A stretch of 35,788 bases of DNA. Source: a bacterium (GTDB lineage Bacteria; Patescibacteriota; Minisyncoccia; UBA6257; Colwellbacteraceae). Position 1 is the first letter of the stretch. Each line of letters begins with the position of its first letter. Below the pieces are notes generated by a model, which was not told the DNA's origin, searched no databases, and saw only the letters and a list, made by a program, of their open reading frames with translations. Location of the stretch: positions 1-35,788 of the forward strand of contig JAZDFH010000054.1 in assembly GCA_043808035.1 (NCBI GenBank), given 5' to 3'. Shown piece by piece: positions 1 to 9,673 of the stretch. The translations under genes and the position numbers were made by a program.

Positions 1-66
1 CACTCGTAATGTGATTATCGTTCATTGTTATTGTCATTAATACTCATGGTATGATAATCACCCAGC

Positions 67-91
67 AAAAAGGAGCTTTCAGCTCCTTTTT
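67..91 (+). terminator. Hairpin plus T-run (intrinsic-terminator-like) upstream of rplU
   Basis: AGGAGCT (71-77) / AGCTCCT (81-87) perfect 7-bp stem with loop TTC. It is extended by A4 (67-70) pairing with the T-run 88-91. It could terminate an upstream gene or act as an rplU leader element. Confidence 0.5.
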
Positions 92-184
92 GTGTTGGAA
101 TGGGTTTTTATTTCAGGCTACTTGTGTGTTGGACAAGACTCATAGTTGCAGAAGGGAATCTTTTATGATATAAATATGGGCATT

Positions 185-493
185 ATGTTTGCAGTTGTTG
201 AAATAGGCGGAAAACAATATTGTGTCGCGCCACAAGATAAGATCAAAGTGGAGAAGCTTGACGTGAAAGAAGGGGAAACGGTTTCCTTTGACCACGTTCT
301 TTTGGTGAACGATAAAAGTGATGTTGCTATTGGAAAGCCGTATGTTGATGGTGCGAAGGTGACTGCCCGTATTGTGGGGCATGGCAGGGACGCTAAAAAG
401 ATAGTTTTTAAGTATCATAACAAAACGCGGTTTCGTAAGAAAAAGGGGCATCGGCAGCATTTTACGGAGCTGGAGATTACTGAAATTAAATAA
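185..493 (+). CDS. rplU: 50S ribosomal protein L21
   Basis: From Met at 185 the product reads MFAVVEIGGKQY...KKKGHRQHFTELEITEIK, which matches the canonical L21 N-terminus and the GHRQ motif. The track ORF begins at a TTG at 146, and 176 is an alternative in-frame ATG. Confidence 0.9.
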   Translation: MFAVVEIGGKQYCVAPQDKIKVEKLDVKEGETVSFDHVLLVNDKSDVAIGKPYVDGAKVTARIVGHGRDAKKIVFKYHNKTRFRKKKGHRQHFTELEITEIK

Positions 494-499
494 CATTGT

Positions 500-527
500 A
501 AAAAAACGGGGGATACCCGTTTTTTTA
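500..527 (+). terminator. Intrinsic terminator after rplU
   Basis: A-run, then CGGG (507-510) / CCCG (516-519) stem with a 5-nt loop, then T7 (520-526). It lies 7 nt after the rplU stop. Confidence 0.6.
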
Positions 528-609
528 TGCTGTTTAATTCATCATTTTTTTGTGTCGGTTTATCGGTAGACTTGCGGGAAGCTTAATGGAGTATGTTATA
601 ATCGGATTG

Positions 610-2022
610 ATGTTAAAGGTACATAATACATTAACGCGGACAAAAGAGACTTTTATTCCGTTAATAAAGGATAAAGTTAGTTTTTATTACTGTGGACCAA
701 CGGTTTATTGGACTCAACATATTGGGAATTTAAGAGGTTCTCTGTGTGCAGATACTGTTGTTCGGTCATTACGATATCTTGGCTATGAGGTCACGTATAT
801 ACGCAATTATACCGATGTTGGACATTTAACATCCGATGAAGACACGGGTGAAGATAAGATGGAGAAGGGTTCTCGTAGAGAGGGTGTTTCTCCTCAGGAA
901 ATTGCGCAGAAATATATTGCAGGATATGAAAGAGATACGCAAGCTTTGTGTTTGGTTGAGCCAACGGTGAAGTGTCGCGCTACATTTCATATACGGGAAA
1001 TGATTACAATGGTTCAGACGTTGCTCGACAAGGGGTATGCATATGCAACAGACTTGGCGATTTACTTTGATGTCTCGAAAGCGAAGAATTATACTGCTCT
1101 TTCCGGGCAAAATATGGAGGAATTAGTTGTCGGTGCGGGAAATGGAGAAATAAGTGATCCGGGGAAACGAAACGCAGTTGATTTCGTGATATGGTTTTTT
1201 AAGGCGGGAGCTCACAAGAATGCATTGCAATATTGGGAATCGCCTTTTGTATCGTCCCTTGTGCAGAATGGGGAAGGGTTTCCTGGTTGGCATATCGAAT
1301 GTTCGGCAATGAGCAAAAAATATCTTGGGGATACGATGGATCTTCATATGGGAGGGATAGAACATATTCCGATTCATCATACGAACGAAATTGCGCAGAG
1401 TGAATCGGCGAACGGGAAACAATTTGTTCGATATTGGTTACATAATGAACATTTATTGGTGAATGATAGAAAGATGGCAAAGTCTGAAGGAACCGGATTT
1501 ACTGTTGATGACTTGAAAGAGAAAGGATATGAACCTCTTTCGCTTAGATTCTTTTTTTTACAGGCTCATTATCGATCAAAACAAAATTTTACTTGGGAAG
1601 CATTGACCGCGTCTGTAAACGGTTTGGAGCGTTTCCGTCAAAAATTTTGTGCGCTCGGGGGTAGCAATGGTTCTGTTGATGCTCTATGGAATCAAAAATT
1701 TGTTGCTGCGGTAGAGGATGATTTTAATATGCCGGAAGCTCTTGCTGTCGCATACGATGTTTTGCGGAGTGATTTGTCTCATGGCGATAAACGTGCAACG
1801 CTTTTATCTTTTGATACCGTATTGGGGTTACAGTTGGATACGGCATGTACGGCGGAGAGCGAAGTTACAGCAGAGGTACGGGAATTATTGAAAGAAAGGG
1901 AGTGTTTTCGGAGTCATAAACAGTTTATTCAGGCTGATGCTGTGCGTAAGAAAATAGAAGCGTTAGGATATGAGATACAAGATATGGAAGAAGGGGTTAC
2001 AGTTAAAAAGAGTGATATATGA
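610..2022 (+). CDS. cysS: Cysteine--tRNA ligase
   Basis: Class I aaRS motifs HIGN (HIGH) and KMAKS (KMSKS), plus YCGPTVY and GWHIECSAM. The homology-consistent start is MLKVHNTLTR at 610; ATG 586 and TTG 550 are in-frame alternatives. The stop overlaps the dnaB start (ATGA). Confidence 0.93.
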   Translation: MLKVHNTLTRTKETFIPLIKDKVSFYYCGPTVYWTQHIGNLRGSLCADTVVRSLRYLGYEVTYIRNYTDVGHLTSDEDTGEDKMEKGSRREGVSPQEIAQKYIAGYERDTQALCLVEPTVKCRATFHIREMITMVQTLLDKGYAYATDLAIYFDVSKAKNYTALSGQNMEELVVGAGNGEISDPGKRNAVDFVIWFFKAGAHKNALQYWESPFVSSLVQNGEGFPGWHIECSAMSKKYLGDTMDLHMGGIEHIPIHHTNEIAQSESANGKQFVRYWLHNEHLLVNDRKMAKSEGTGFTVDDLKEKGYEPLSLRFFFLQAHYRSKQNFTWEALTASVNGLERFRQKFCALGGSNGSVDALWNQKFVAAVEDDFNMPEALAVAYDVLRSDLSHGDKRATLLSFDTVLGLQLDTACTAESEVTAEVRELLKERECFRSHKQFIQADAVRKKIEALGYEIQDMEEGVTVKKSDI

Positions 2023-3380
2023 ACACAGGTAAGAATATAAAACTTCCTCCGAGCGATGTGGAAGCGGAACAATCTGTTCTTGGCGCCTTGATGATTGATA
2101 GAGATGCGGTTTTTTCGGTTGCCGATATTCTTGCACCAAGACATTTTTATAAAAAAGCTCATGGTATTATTTATGAATCCATGTTGGCGTTATGGGGCCG
2201 GAATGAACCGATCGATATTTTGAGTGTCACATCAGAATTAAAAAAAGTGGATAAGTTGAAGGATTCTGGAGGATCCAGTTATTTGACCGATCTGGTCAAT
2301 AGTGTTCCGACAGCGTCTCATGTTGAGCATTATGCGAAGTTGGTTAAAGAAAAAAGTGTATTGCGTGATTTGGTGAGTGCCTCTGCGGAAATTACGAATC
2401 AGGTTTTTTCGCATACGGATAGCATTGATGATCTACTCGATGGTATTGAACAAAAGATTTTTGCTATTTCTCAACAATCAATTGCGAAGAATTTTGTTCA
2501 TATCAAAGAAGAGCTTGCAACTGCCTTTGATCGAATTGAAAAGTTGAGCAGTGATGAAGGGAAGGGTATTCGAGGTGTACCGACAGGGTTTCCTTCGCTT
2601 GATAATATACTTTCCGGGCTGCAGAAGTCTGATTTGATTATTATTGGAGCACGTCCGTCGTATGGTAAAACGTCTCTCACTCTCGACTTTGCCAGACAGG
2701 CTGCGGTTGAACATGGGAAATCGATTGGTTTTTTTTCCCTTGAAATGAGCAGAGAACAAATTGCAGATCGTCTGATTGCCGCACAAGGGCAGATTGATTT
2801 ATGGAAATTGCGTACAGGGAGAATAAAAGATGATAGGGATTTTCAAATGATCCAAGTGGCGCTCGATAAATTAAACAACGCGGCGATTTATGTTGATGAC
2901 ACGCCATCTCCGACGATAGTGCAGATGCGTTCAATGGCTCGGCGATTACAGGCGGAAAAGAAGGGATTGGATCTCATTGTCGTTGATTATTTGCAGCTGA
3001 TTCGTCCACGGACGTCTTCGGATAATACGGTGACGCAAGTAACGGAGATATCTCGAGGGCTGAAAGGAATGGCCAGAGAACTTGGCGTGCCGGTTATCGC
3101 AGTATCTCAACTTTCTCGGAACGTGGAACAACGTGGAAAAAACGAATCACCGCGTCTTTCTGATTTAAGAGAGAGTGGAAGTATTGAACAGGATGCCGAT
3201 GTTGTTATGTTTGTTCATCCGAAGAATAGAGGGAGGGAAGATTTGTCGGAGGAAGAACAAGCTGTTGTTGACATTGTCATCGCGAAACATCGAAATGGAC
3301 CGGTTGGCTGTATACAATTATATTTTGATAAGGAAAGAGCGAGTTTTCGATCAATTGATGTCTATCATGATACATTATGA
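2019..3380 (+). CDS. dnaB: Replicative DNA helicase DnaB
   Basis: N-terminus LPPSDVEAEQSVLGALMIDRDA, Walker A GARPSYGKTS, Walker B LIVVDYLQL, and SQLSR. Length is 453 aa with no intein. It overlaps both neighbours by 4 nt. Confidence 0.95.
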   Translation: MNTGKNIKLPPSDVEAEQSVLGALMIDRDAVFSVADILAPRHFYKKAHGIIYESMLALWGRNEPIDILSVTSELKKVDKLKDSGGSSYLTDLVNSVPTASHVEHYAKLVKEKSVLRDLVSASAEITNQVFSHTDSIDDLLDGIEQKIFAISQQSIAKNFVHIKEELATAFDRIEKLSSDEGKGIRGVPTGFPSLDNILSGLQKSDLIIIGARPSYGKTSLTLDFARQAAVEHGKSIGFFSLEMSREQIADRLIAAQGQIDLWKLRTGRIKDDRDFQMIQVALDKLNNAAIYVDDTPSPTIVQMRSMARRLQAEKKGLDLIVVDYLQLIRPRTSSDNTVTQVTEISRGLKGMARELGVPVIAVSQLSRNVEQRGKNESPRLSDLRESGSIEQDADVVMFVHPKNRGREDLSEEEQAVVDIVIAKHRNGPVGCIQLYFDKERASFRSIDVYHDTL

Positions 3381-3979
3381 AATTACCAGACGAGATACAG
3401 CAGTTTGTTGACCTTTTTTCAGCTCTACCGGGGATTGGACCTCGTCAGGCAGTTCGGTTAGCATTTTATTTTATATATAAAGGACCCCAGTATCAGGAAT
3501 TAATGAGTACTCATTTGCAATCACTGAAAAATATCAAATTTTGCAGACGATGCTTTTTTGTGCATGCCAATACAGGTGAGCTTTGTGATATTTGTCGTAA
3601 TCAGGAGAGAGACGTTCGAAGTATTGCTATTCTTGAGAAAGAGACAGATGTTATTTCTCTTGAACGATCACAAGCGTTTCATGGACGGTATATGGTTATT
3701 GGTTCTTCGAAGAGAGCAGGTGCACTTGATGATTTTCAGAAGGGAAGACTATCGTCTTTGAAAACTCAAATTAAAGAACTGCAGGGAGGCATGGCGGATG
3801 AGATTATTATTGCCGTAAACCCGACGACTGCCGGTGATATAACAGTGTCTTTTGTTGCAGAAGAGATGCGTCCTTATGCGCATCATATCACCAAACTGGG
3901 TCGGGGGATTCCAACAGGAGGAGAAATCGAATTTGCGGACGCAATGACGCTCAAAGAAGCCTTGACAAGAAGAAAGTGA
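3377..3979 (+). CDS. recR: Recombination protein RecR
   Basis: HhH motif LPGIGPRQAVRLAF, C4 zinc finger CRRC...CDIC, and a Toprim segment IIAVNPTTAGD. Length is 200 aa. Confidence 0.92.
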   Translation: MKLPDEIQQFVDLFSALPGIGPRQAVRLAFYFIYKGPQYQELMSTHLQSLKNIKFCRRCFFVHANTGELCDICRNQERDVRSIAILEKETDVISLERSQAFHGRYMVIGSSKRAGALDDFQKGRLSSLKTQIKELQGGMADEIIIAVNPTTAGDITVSFVAEEMRPYAHHITKLGRGIPTGGEIEFADAMTLKEALTRRK

Positions 3980-4026
3980 TTTATTACTGTCTTTCAATAA
4001 AAGGTTAAACAAGATAAACTTATTTT

Positions 4027-4533
4027 ATGATGACATACCAAGATGATTTACATAATGAAAATAGTGATGCTCCATTAGAGGAAGAAAAAATAGATGTCGA
4101 TATTGTTTCGTTGCAAAATGAGAAAGATGAATATTTAAAAGGATGGCAGCGAGCGAAAGCTGATTTTATTAATTATAAGAGAGAGGAATCTGAACGATTG
4201 GAGCGTGTTGCGCAGTTTGGGAATGAAGAACTGATTAGGGATTTGCTACAAGTGTTGGATAGTTTTGATTTAAGTCTTGCAATGCTTGAGAAAGAAGGTC
4301 ATGTTGAAAAGGGGGTATATATGATTAAGGGACAGCTTGAGGATGTATTGCGTCGGAAAGGACTTGATCGTATACGTGTTTCAGTTGGTGAAGCGTTCAA
4401 TCCGCATTATCATGAAGCGGTGGTTATGATTGACGGAGAAGGTGAATCCGGTGCTGTTGCGGAAGAAGTTGAAGCTGGGTATCGGTTACATGGAAAAGTT
4501 ATTCGTCCGTCACGCGTAAAAATAATAAAGTAA
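4027..4533 (+). CDS. grpE: Nucleotide exchange factor GrpE
   Basis: GrpE-type coiled coil with GWQRAKADFINYKRE and a C-terminal beta domain GYRLHGKVIRPSRV. It lies directly upstream of dnaK. Confidence 0.9.
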   Translation: MMTYQDDLHNENSDAPLEEEKIDVDIVSLQNEKDEYLKGWQRAKADFINYKREESERLERVAQFGNEELIRDLLQVLDSFDLSLAMLEKEGHVEKGVYMIKGQLEDVLRRKGLDRIRVSVGEAFNPHYHEAVVMIDGEGESGAVAEEVEAGYRLHGKVIRPSRVKIIK

Positions 4534-4551
4534 AATAATAAAATAAAAACC

Positions 4552-6426
4552 ATGAGTAAAATTTTGGGTATTGATCTTGGAACAAGTAATTCTGCAATGG
4601 CTGTTATTGAGTCAGGTGAACCAAAGATTCTTGAGAACGCCGAAGGAAATCGAACAACACCGTCAATTGTAGCTATTTCGAAAACAAATGAACGATTGGT
4701 TGGACAGATAGCGAAACGGCAATCGGTTACCAATCCGAAAAACACTATTTTTTCGGTGAAGCGACTTGTTGGACGAAAGTTTTTTGATCAAGAAGTGATC
4801 GAAGATAAAAAGCTTTTACCATACGATCTGCGAGAAGCTTCCGATAAAGGTATTGAAATTCAAATGAGCGATAAGTGGTATAAGGCCGAACAGATATCGG
4901 CAATGGTACTTGCGAAACTGAAAGCGGATGCGGAGGCTCGATTGGGAGAGAAGATCGAAGAGGCTGTCATTACGGTACCCGCATATTTTGATGATTCTCA
5001 ACGACAAGCGACTAAGAATGCAGGAGAGATTGCAGGATTCAAAGTTCGACGTATATTGAATGAACCGACTGCGGCGGCACTTGCATACGGATTGAATAAA
5101 AAAACTGACGAACAGATTGTTGTCTATGATTTTGGTGGTGGTACGTTCGACGTTTCTGTTTTGGAAGTTGGGGTGGATACTGTGGAAGTGAAATCTACAG
5201 GAGGAGATACTCATTTAGGCGGAGACGATTTTGATAAAGTCATCAGTGATTACCTTACAGTGGAATATAAGAAGCAAGAAGGTATTGATATTTCGAAAGA
5301 TTCGCTTGCGTTACAGCGATTAAAAGAAGGTGTTGAACGGGCAAAACATGAGTTGTCAACTTCGACAGAAACGGAGATAAATTTGCCATATATCAGCTCT
5401 GATGCGGCAGGACCGAAGCATTTTTTATTAAAGTTAACTCGAGCGAAATTGGAAGACCTCGTCAGGGATCATATCGACAGATCTATCGCTATAACCAAAC
5501 AAGTAGTGCAAGACGCTGGATTCAAAATAGAAGATATCGATGAGGTTATTTTGGTTGGCGGGCAAACACGTATGCCTGCGATACAGGAAGCGGTTAAAAA
5601 ATTATTCAATAGAGAGCCGCATCGAGGTATTAATCCTGATGAGGTTGTCGCGGTGGGAGCAGCAGTACAGGCAGGAATTATGCAAGGAGACGTTAAAGAT
5701 ATTTTACTTCTTGATGTAACTCCTCTTTCTTTGGGGATCGAAACGTTGGGAGGAGTATTTACGAAGCTTATCGAAAAGAATACGACTATTCCGACAGCTC
5801 GGACGCAAGTATTTTCAACGGCTGCGGATAATCAAACATCTGTTGAAGTGCATGTTTTACAAGGAGAACGAGAGATGGCAACGGACAACAAGACACTTGC
5901 GAGATTTATTTTGGATGGAATTCCTCCTTCTCCTCGTGGTGTTCCTCAAGTTGAAGTTACGCTTGATATTGATGCAAACGGTATCTTGAGTGTCAAAGCG
6001 GTTGATAAAGCATCTGGGAAAAGTCAATCTGTTAGAATTGAGGCATCAACATCTCTTTCAAAGGACGAGGTTGAGCGTTTAAAACAAGAAGCGGCGAGTC
6101 ATGCCGAAGAGGATAAAAAGAAACGCGAAGTCGTTGACGCGAAGAATAAAGGCGAGACATTGTTGTATACGGCGGAAAAATCTTTACGCGATGCAGGCGA
6201 TAAAGTTCCTGCAGATGTGAAAGAAGCTGTTGATAGCAAGATAACCGAATTAAAGAAAGCTCTTGAAGGGACTGATGGTGCTGAAATTGAACGTACAACG
6301 AATGCGCTATCTTCTGAACTTCAAAAAATTGGGCAATCGATGTACGATAATACTAAGACGGAGGAAAAACCAAATGAGTCTGATGCTCCGTCTAGCGAAA
6401 CAGAGGATGATTCGAATAAATCTTAA
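4552..6426 (+). CDS. dnaK: Chaperone DnaK (Hsp70)
   Basis: Hsp70 signatures [19 protein letters not shown] and [10 protein letters not shown]. Length is 624 aa with an acidic C-tail. Confidence 0.97.
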   Translation: MSKILGIDLGTSNSAMAVIESGEPKILENAEGNRTTPSIVAISKTNERLVGQIAKRQSVTNPKNTIFSVKRLVGRKFFDQEVIEDKKLLPYDLREASDKGIEIQMSDKWYKAEQISAMVLAKLKADAEARLGEKIEEAVITVPAYFDDSQRQATKNAGEIAGFKVRRILNEPTAAALAYGLNKKTDEQIVVYDFGGGTFDVSVLEVGVDTVEVKSTGGDTHLGGDDFDKVISDYLTVEYKKQEGIDISKDSLALQRLKEGVERAKHELSTSTETEINLPYISSDAAGPKHFLLKLTRAKLEDLVRDHIDRSIAITKQVVQDAGFKIEDIDEVILVGGQTRMPAIQEAVKKLFNREPHRGINPDEVVAVGAAVQAGIMQGDVKDILLLDVTPLSLGIETLGGVFTKLIEKNTTIPTARTQVFSTAADNQTSVEVHVLQGEREMATDNKTLARFILDGIPPSPRGVPQVEVTLDIDANGILSVKAVDKASGKSQSVRIEASTSLSKDEVERLKQEAASHAEEDKKKREVVDAKNKGETLLYTAEKSLRDAGDKVPADVKEAVDSKITELKKALEGTDGAEIERTTNALSSELQKIGQSMYDNTKTEEKPNESDAPSSETEDDSNKS

Positions 6427-6466
6427 ATAAGCGTATTCGATATATCATATCGGCTGCCAATATTTT

Positions 6467-7504
6467 ATGGAAACACGTATTCCTTCTCGAGATAAGCAGT
6501 CATTGATTGCACAAAATAAAGAGGACATCGATATTAACCGTTCGGTGTGGAAAGTCTTCACTGTTATCAGTGTGACCATTTTAACTGCATTTGTAGCGGG
6601 GTACCTTATTAGTATCGGACAATTTTGGTATGGCTTTTTTGCAACGGTATTGTTTTTTGTTATATTTACTTTGCAAACATTTCTTATCAAAAGTTGGGTT
6701 CAAATCTTTAAGAGTATTTTTTTGGAGTCATGTGCTTTTATTGGACCTTTTTTCTTCCTTGTATCGTGGGATTATTTGTTGACCGCATGGCTTGGATTAT
6801 TTATTTTTTTGTTATTGAGTTTCCGAGGAAGTAGACAAGAACTACATAGTTCTTTAAAGATTCATTTTTGGAGAACAGCTCGAGCGTCTTTATCTTATAG
6901 TATAATAGGTGTTTTATTCGCGATCAGTCTTATGTACATATCTTTGTTTATTAACAATGGAGTTTTTATAGGGCAGAAAACATTTGTTCAAATATTGCAG
7001 TCAAGTGATTTTGTTATGGCGAAATTAATACCGGGATTCTCGTTTAACAAAACCCTTGATGAAACATTACACGCGACTATAACGGCAAATAGTAGGATAG
7101 GGAATCAGATTCTTGAGTTTGTTAACACGAACAATAAGTCATCGATAGATATTATGCTTCTTCCTGATGATCAAAAGGAGAAGATTATAAGTCAGATGGT
7201 TCCTGAAATATCCAAGAATATTCAATCGTCGATGGGAAATTCATTCAATCCTGATGTGTCCATCGCTGACAATATATATAATAGTTTTGTTGTATCATCT
7301 ATAGAGAAATTATCTCCAGAGCAGCGAGCATATATTGGTCTTTCGACGATACTGCTTATTATAATAACAGTGAAGAGTATGGCGGTTGTTTTGTATATTC
7401 CTCTTATTTTTATAGCGTTTATTTTGTATGAACTTTTCATAGCGGCGGGCTTTATGGTTTTGAGAGTTGAACCATGTAGTAGAGAAATACTTATCTTGAA
7501 ATAA
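6467..7504 (+). CDS. Polytopic membrane protein of unknown function (between dnaK and dnaJ)
   Basis: 345 aa. Clusters of hydrophobic helices at both ends flank a polar middle segment of roughly 130 aa. I recognised no family motif. The gaps to dnaK and dnaJ are 40 nt and 33 nt. Confidence 0.7.
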   Translation: METRIPSRDKQSLIAQNKEDIDINRSVWKVFTVISVTILTAFVAGYLISIGQFWYGFFATVLFFVIFTLQTFLIKSWVQIFKSIFLESCAFIGPFFFLVSWDYLLTAWLGLFIFLLLSFRGSRQELHSSLKIHFWRTARASLSYSIIGVLFAISLMYISLFINNGVFIGQKTFVQILQSSDFVMAKLIPGFSFNKTLDETLHATITANSRIGNQILEFVNTNNKSSIDIMLLPDDQKEKIISQMVPEISKNIQSSMGNSFNPDVSIADNIYNSFVVSSIEKLSPEQRAYIGLSTILLIIITVKSMAVVLYIPLIFIAFILYELFIAAGFMVLRVEPCSREILILK

Positions 7505-7537
7505 TAAAAGAGCGGTTTATAGTAATAGAAACATATC

Positions 7538-8611
7538 ATGAAAGATTATTATACAATTTTGGAAGTTAAGAAAGACTCCTCTCCAGAGGAGATAAAGAAA
7601 GCGTATAGACGACTGGCTCATAAATATCATCCTGACAAGGCTGGAGGAGATGAGGCAAAATTTAAGGAGATCAATGAGGCATACCAAGTACTTTCGAATG
7701 TTGAGAAAAGACATCAATATGATCAATTCGGGCAGACATTTAGTGGTGGACAAACACCGCCAGGAGGCTTCGGAGGGGCAAATGCCGGTGGATGGAATGT
7801 TCATACGGGAGGGTTTGAAGATATTTCCGACTTGGGGGATATCTTTGACGCGGTTTTTGGGTCGGGTGCTCGTCAAAAGCGTCGCACATATCATCGTGGC
7901 GCGGATCTTGAATTACCTGTCTCTATTACACTTAAAGAGGCGCAGAAGGGGAAAAAGGTTGACTTTAGTTTTGAGACGTATGTCCTGTGCACGTCTTGCA
8001 AGGGCATTGGCTATGATGAGTCTGCGGGTACGGCACAATGTGAACGATGTGATGGGAAAGGTGAGATTCGTGAAACACAGAGCACATTTTTTGGTAATTT
8101 TGCTAAAGTAGTTCCGTGTAAAAAATGTGGCGGTAATGGGAAAATTCCGAACAAAGTATGTAGTACGTGTAAGGGATCTGGACGTATACGTGGTAAACGA
8201 GATGTGCAAGTTGAGATCCGACCAGGAATAGAAGATGGACAGATTATTAAAATGGTCGGTATGGGAGAAATCGGAGAAAAACAAGCCGGAGCGGGGGATT
8301 TATATGTGAGAGTAAGTGTTAAATCTCATTCTCTTTTTACACGTCGAGGCAATGATCTTCTTATAAAGCTTTCAGTCAGTCTTATTGATATCTTGTTGCA
8401 AAAGAAGATAGAGGTTCCATTGCTTAACGGCGAGCACAAGACTATTGAAATACCTGCAGGCTATAATATAAATGAATCATTGCGCATTAAGGGAGAAGGC
8501 ATGACGGTATACAATGATTTAGTGGTGATATTTGAAGCGCGGACACCGAAAAAATTAGATAAGCATGCGCGGGCGTTACTCGAAGATCTTGCAAAACATA
8601 TCAAAGAGTAG
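7538..8611 (+). CDS. dnaJ: Co-chaperone DnaJ
   Basis: J domain with HPD (KYHPDK), a G/F-rich linker, and four CxxCxGxG repeats (CTSCKGIG, CERCDGKG, CKKCGGNG, CSTCKGSG). Confidence 0.95.
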   Translation: MKDYYTILEVKKDSSPEEIKKAYRRLAHKYHPDKAGGDEAKFKEINEAYQVLSNVEKRHQYDQFGQTFSGGQTPPGGFGGANAGGWNVHTGGFEDISDLGDIFDAVFGSGARQKRRTYHRGADLELPVSITLKEAQKGKKVDFSFETYVLCTSCKGIGYDESAGTAQCERCDGKGEIRETQSTFFGNFAKVVPCKKCGGNGKIPNKVCSTCKGSGRIRGKRDVQVEIRPGIEDGQIIKMVGMGEIGEKQAGAGDLYVRVSVKSHSLFTRRGNDLLIKLSVSLIDILLQKKIEVPLLNGEHKTIEIPAGYNINESLRIKGEGMTVYNDLVVIFEARTPKKLDKHARALLEDLAKHIKE

Positions 8612-8678
8612 TATAGATTTGTAAAATATTCTATCCTTAGTGGAAGAATTTTGTTGTATTGGTTATAATTGTATATAA

Positions 8679-8751
8679 CCGCCCATAGCTCAGTTGGTAG
8701 AGCAACTGCCTTTTAAGCAGATGGTCCTAGGTTCAAATCCTAGTGGGCGGA
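8679..8751 (+). tRNA. tRNA-Lys (anticodon UUU)
   Basis: Cloverleaf folded by hand:
- acceptor stem CCGCCCA/TGGGCGG, 7 Watson-Crick pairs
- T8 A9
- D arm GCTC-AGTTGGTA-GAGC
- anticodon arm ACTGC-CTTTTAA-GCAGA (27:43 is A-A)
- variable loop TGGTC
- T arm CTAGG-TTCAAAT-CCTAG
- discriminator A, with no encoded CCA
The 1:72 pair is C:G rather than the usual G:C. Confidence 0.9.
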
Positions 8752-8757
8752 CAAGTT

Positions 8758-9606
8758 ATGCCTAAGGAGAATGAATTAACGATTGTAATGATTCCTGGAA
8801 TGTATTCGACCGACCTAACAAATGAGTGGGGTCGGTACATCGAGTTATTTTCAGAAAAAGGGATTGCGTGTCATCCTCTACGGCTAAAGTATCATCGTGA
8901 TTCTTCGATTGAAAAACCGCATCCTCAATTGGGGACAGTGAGTGTTCGTGATTACGTTGATGACTTAGAAAGACAAATACAGGCTTTGGGATTGGAAAGA
9001 AATGTCATGATTATTGGGCATTCGATGGGAGGGCTGTTGGGGCAGATACTTTTGAGTCGTGATAAGAAGAATTTGTATGTGGGTGGAGTTTTTCTTGCTC
9101 CAGCTCCTGCGGCAGGTGTTTTCACTTTGTATCCTTCTGTGGTGTTGAAACACTTTGTCCATGTCATATTGCAATGGGGGTTTTGGAGAAAAACCATTCG
9201 ACAGCCAAAAAGTGAAATACAACTCAATAGAGAACAAAATCAGACAGGGATTGAATATAATGCCGCAGTTGATGCTCGTCGCGGGTGGGAATCAGGGAGA
9301 GCAATCTTTGAGATAGGTCTTAATTTTTTGGATTTTAGAAAAGCGACATATGTAGATATGTGCAATGTAAACGTTCCTCTTTTGTTTATTTGTGGCACAA
9401 AAGATGATAATGTTCTTTCAAGGATTGTGTATAATACTTTTAATAAGTATGTACAGCGGCAGGGCAGTGGACGGACTGATTATTTGGAATTAAGTGGATA
9501 TGGGCATATGCTAATGAAGCAATCTGGTTGGGAAATAGTGGCGGAATATATTCTTCATTGGATTGAGAATATTCTGGAAAATGTATCTTCTCAGAAAGAA
9601 GGCTAG
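8758..9606 (+). CDS. Alpha/beta-fold hydrolase (lysophospholipase/esterase-like)
   Basis: Nucleophile elbow GHSMGG and a C-terminal GYGHM His region. I moved the start to Met 8758 because the track start 8743 lies inside the tRNA. Confidence 0.8.
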   Translation: MPKENELTIVMIPGMYSTDLTNEWGRYIELFSEKGIACHPLRLKYHRDSSIEKPHPQLGTVSVRDYVDDLERQIQALGLERNVMIIGHSMGGLLGQILLSRDKKNLYVGGVFLAPAPAAGVFTLYPSVVLKHFVHVILQWGFWRKTIRQPKSEIQLNREQNQTGIEYNAAVDARRGWESGRAIFEIGLNFLDFRKATYVDMCNVNVPLLFICGTKDDNVLSRIVYNTFNKYVQRQGSGRTDYLELSGYGHMLMKQSGWEIVAEYILHWIENILENVSSQKEG

Positions 9607-9633
9607 GCACCTCTTCCACTATTGATTTTTTTG

Positions 9634-9642
9634 TGGTATAAA
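9634..9642 (+). promoter_or_regulatory. Extended -10 promoter candidate for secDF
   Basis: TGgTATAAA lies 31 nt upstream of the secD ATG, in the 67-nt gap after the hydrolase gene. Confidence 0.35.
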
Positions 9643-9673
9643 TACAACCGATTTTGTTTGAATAAAAAATAGT

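Noticed and set aside
3980-4026. CIRCE/HrcA operator upstream of grpE
   Set aside because: No TTAGCACTC-N9-GAGTGCTAA-like inverted repeat occurs in this spacer or upstream of dnaK or dnaJ, and hrcA is absent from the window.
4816-8284. Assorted 85-153-aa ORFs on the opposite strand or in alternative frames within dnaK and dnaJ (e.g. 4816-5214, 7517-7894, 7650-8111, 7913-8284)
   Set aside because: They overlap unambiguous Hsp70 and DnaJ coding frames, and none has an independent signal.
8679-9606. tRNA-Lys as an integration site for a genomic island (the hydrolase gene as cargo)
   Set aside because: There is no integrase, no visible direct repeat of the tRNA 3' end downstream, and no compositional break by eye. 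secDF follows immediately.
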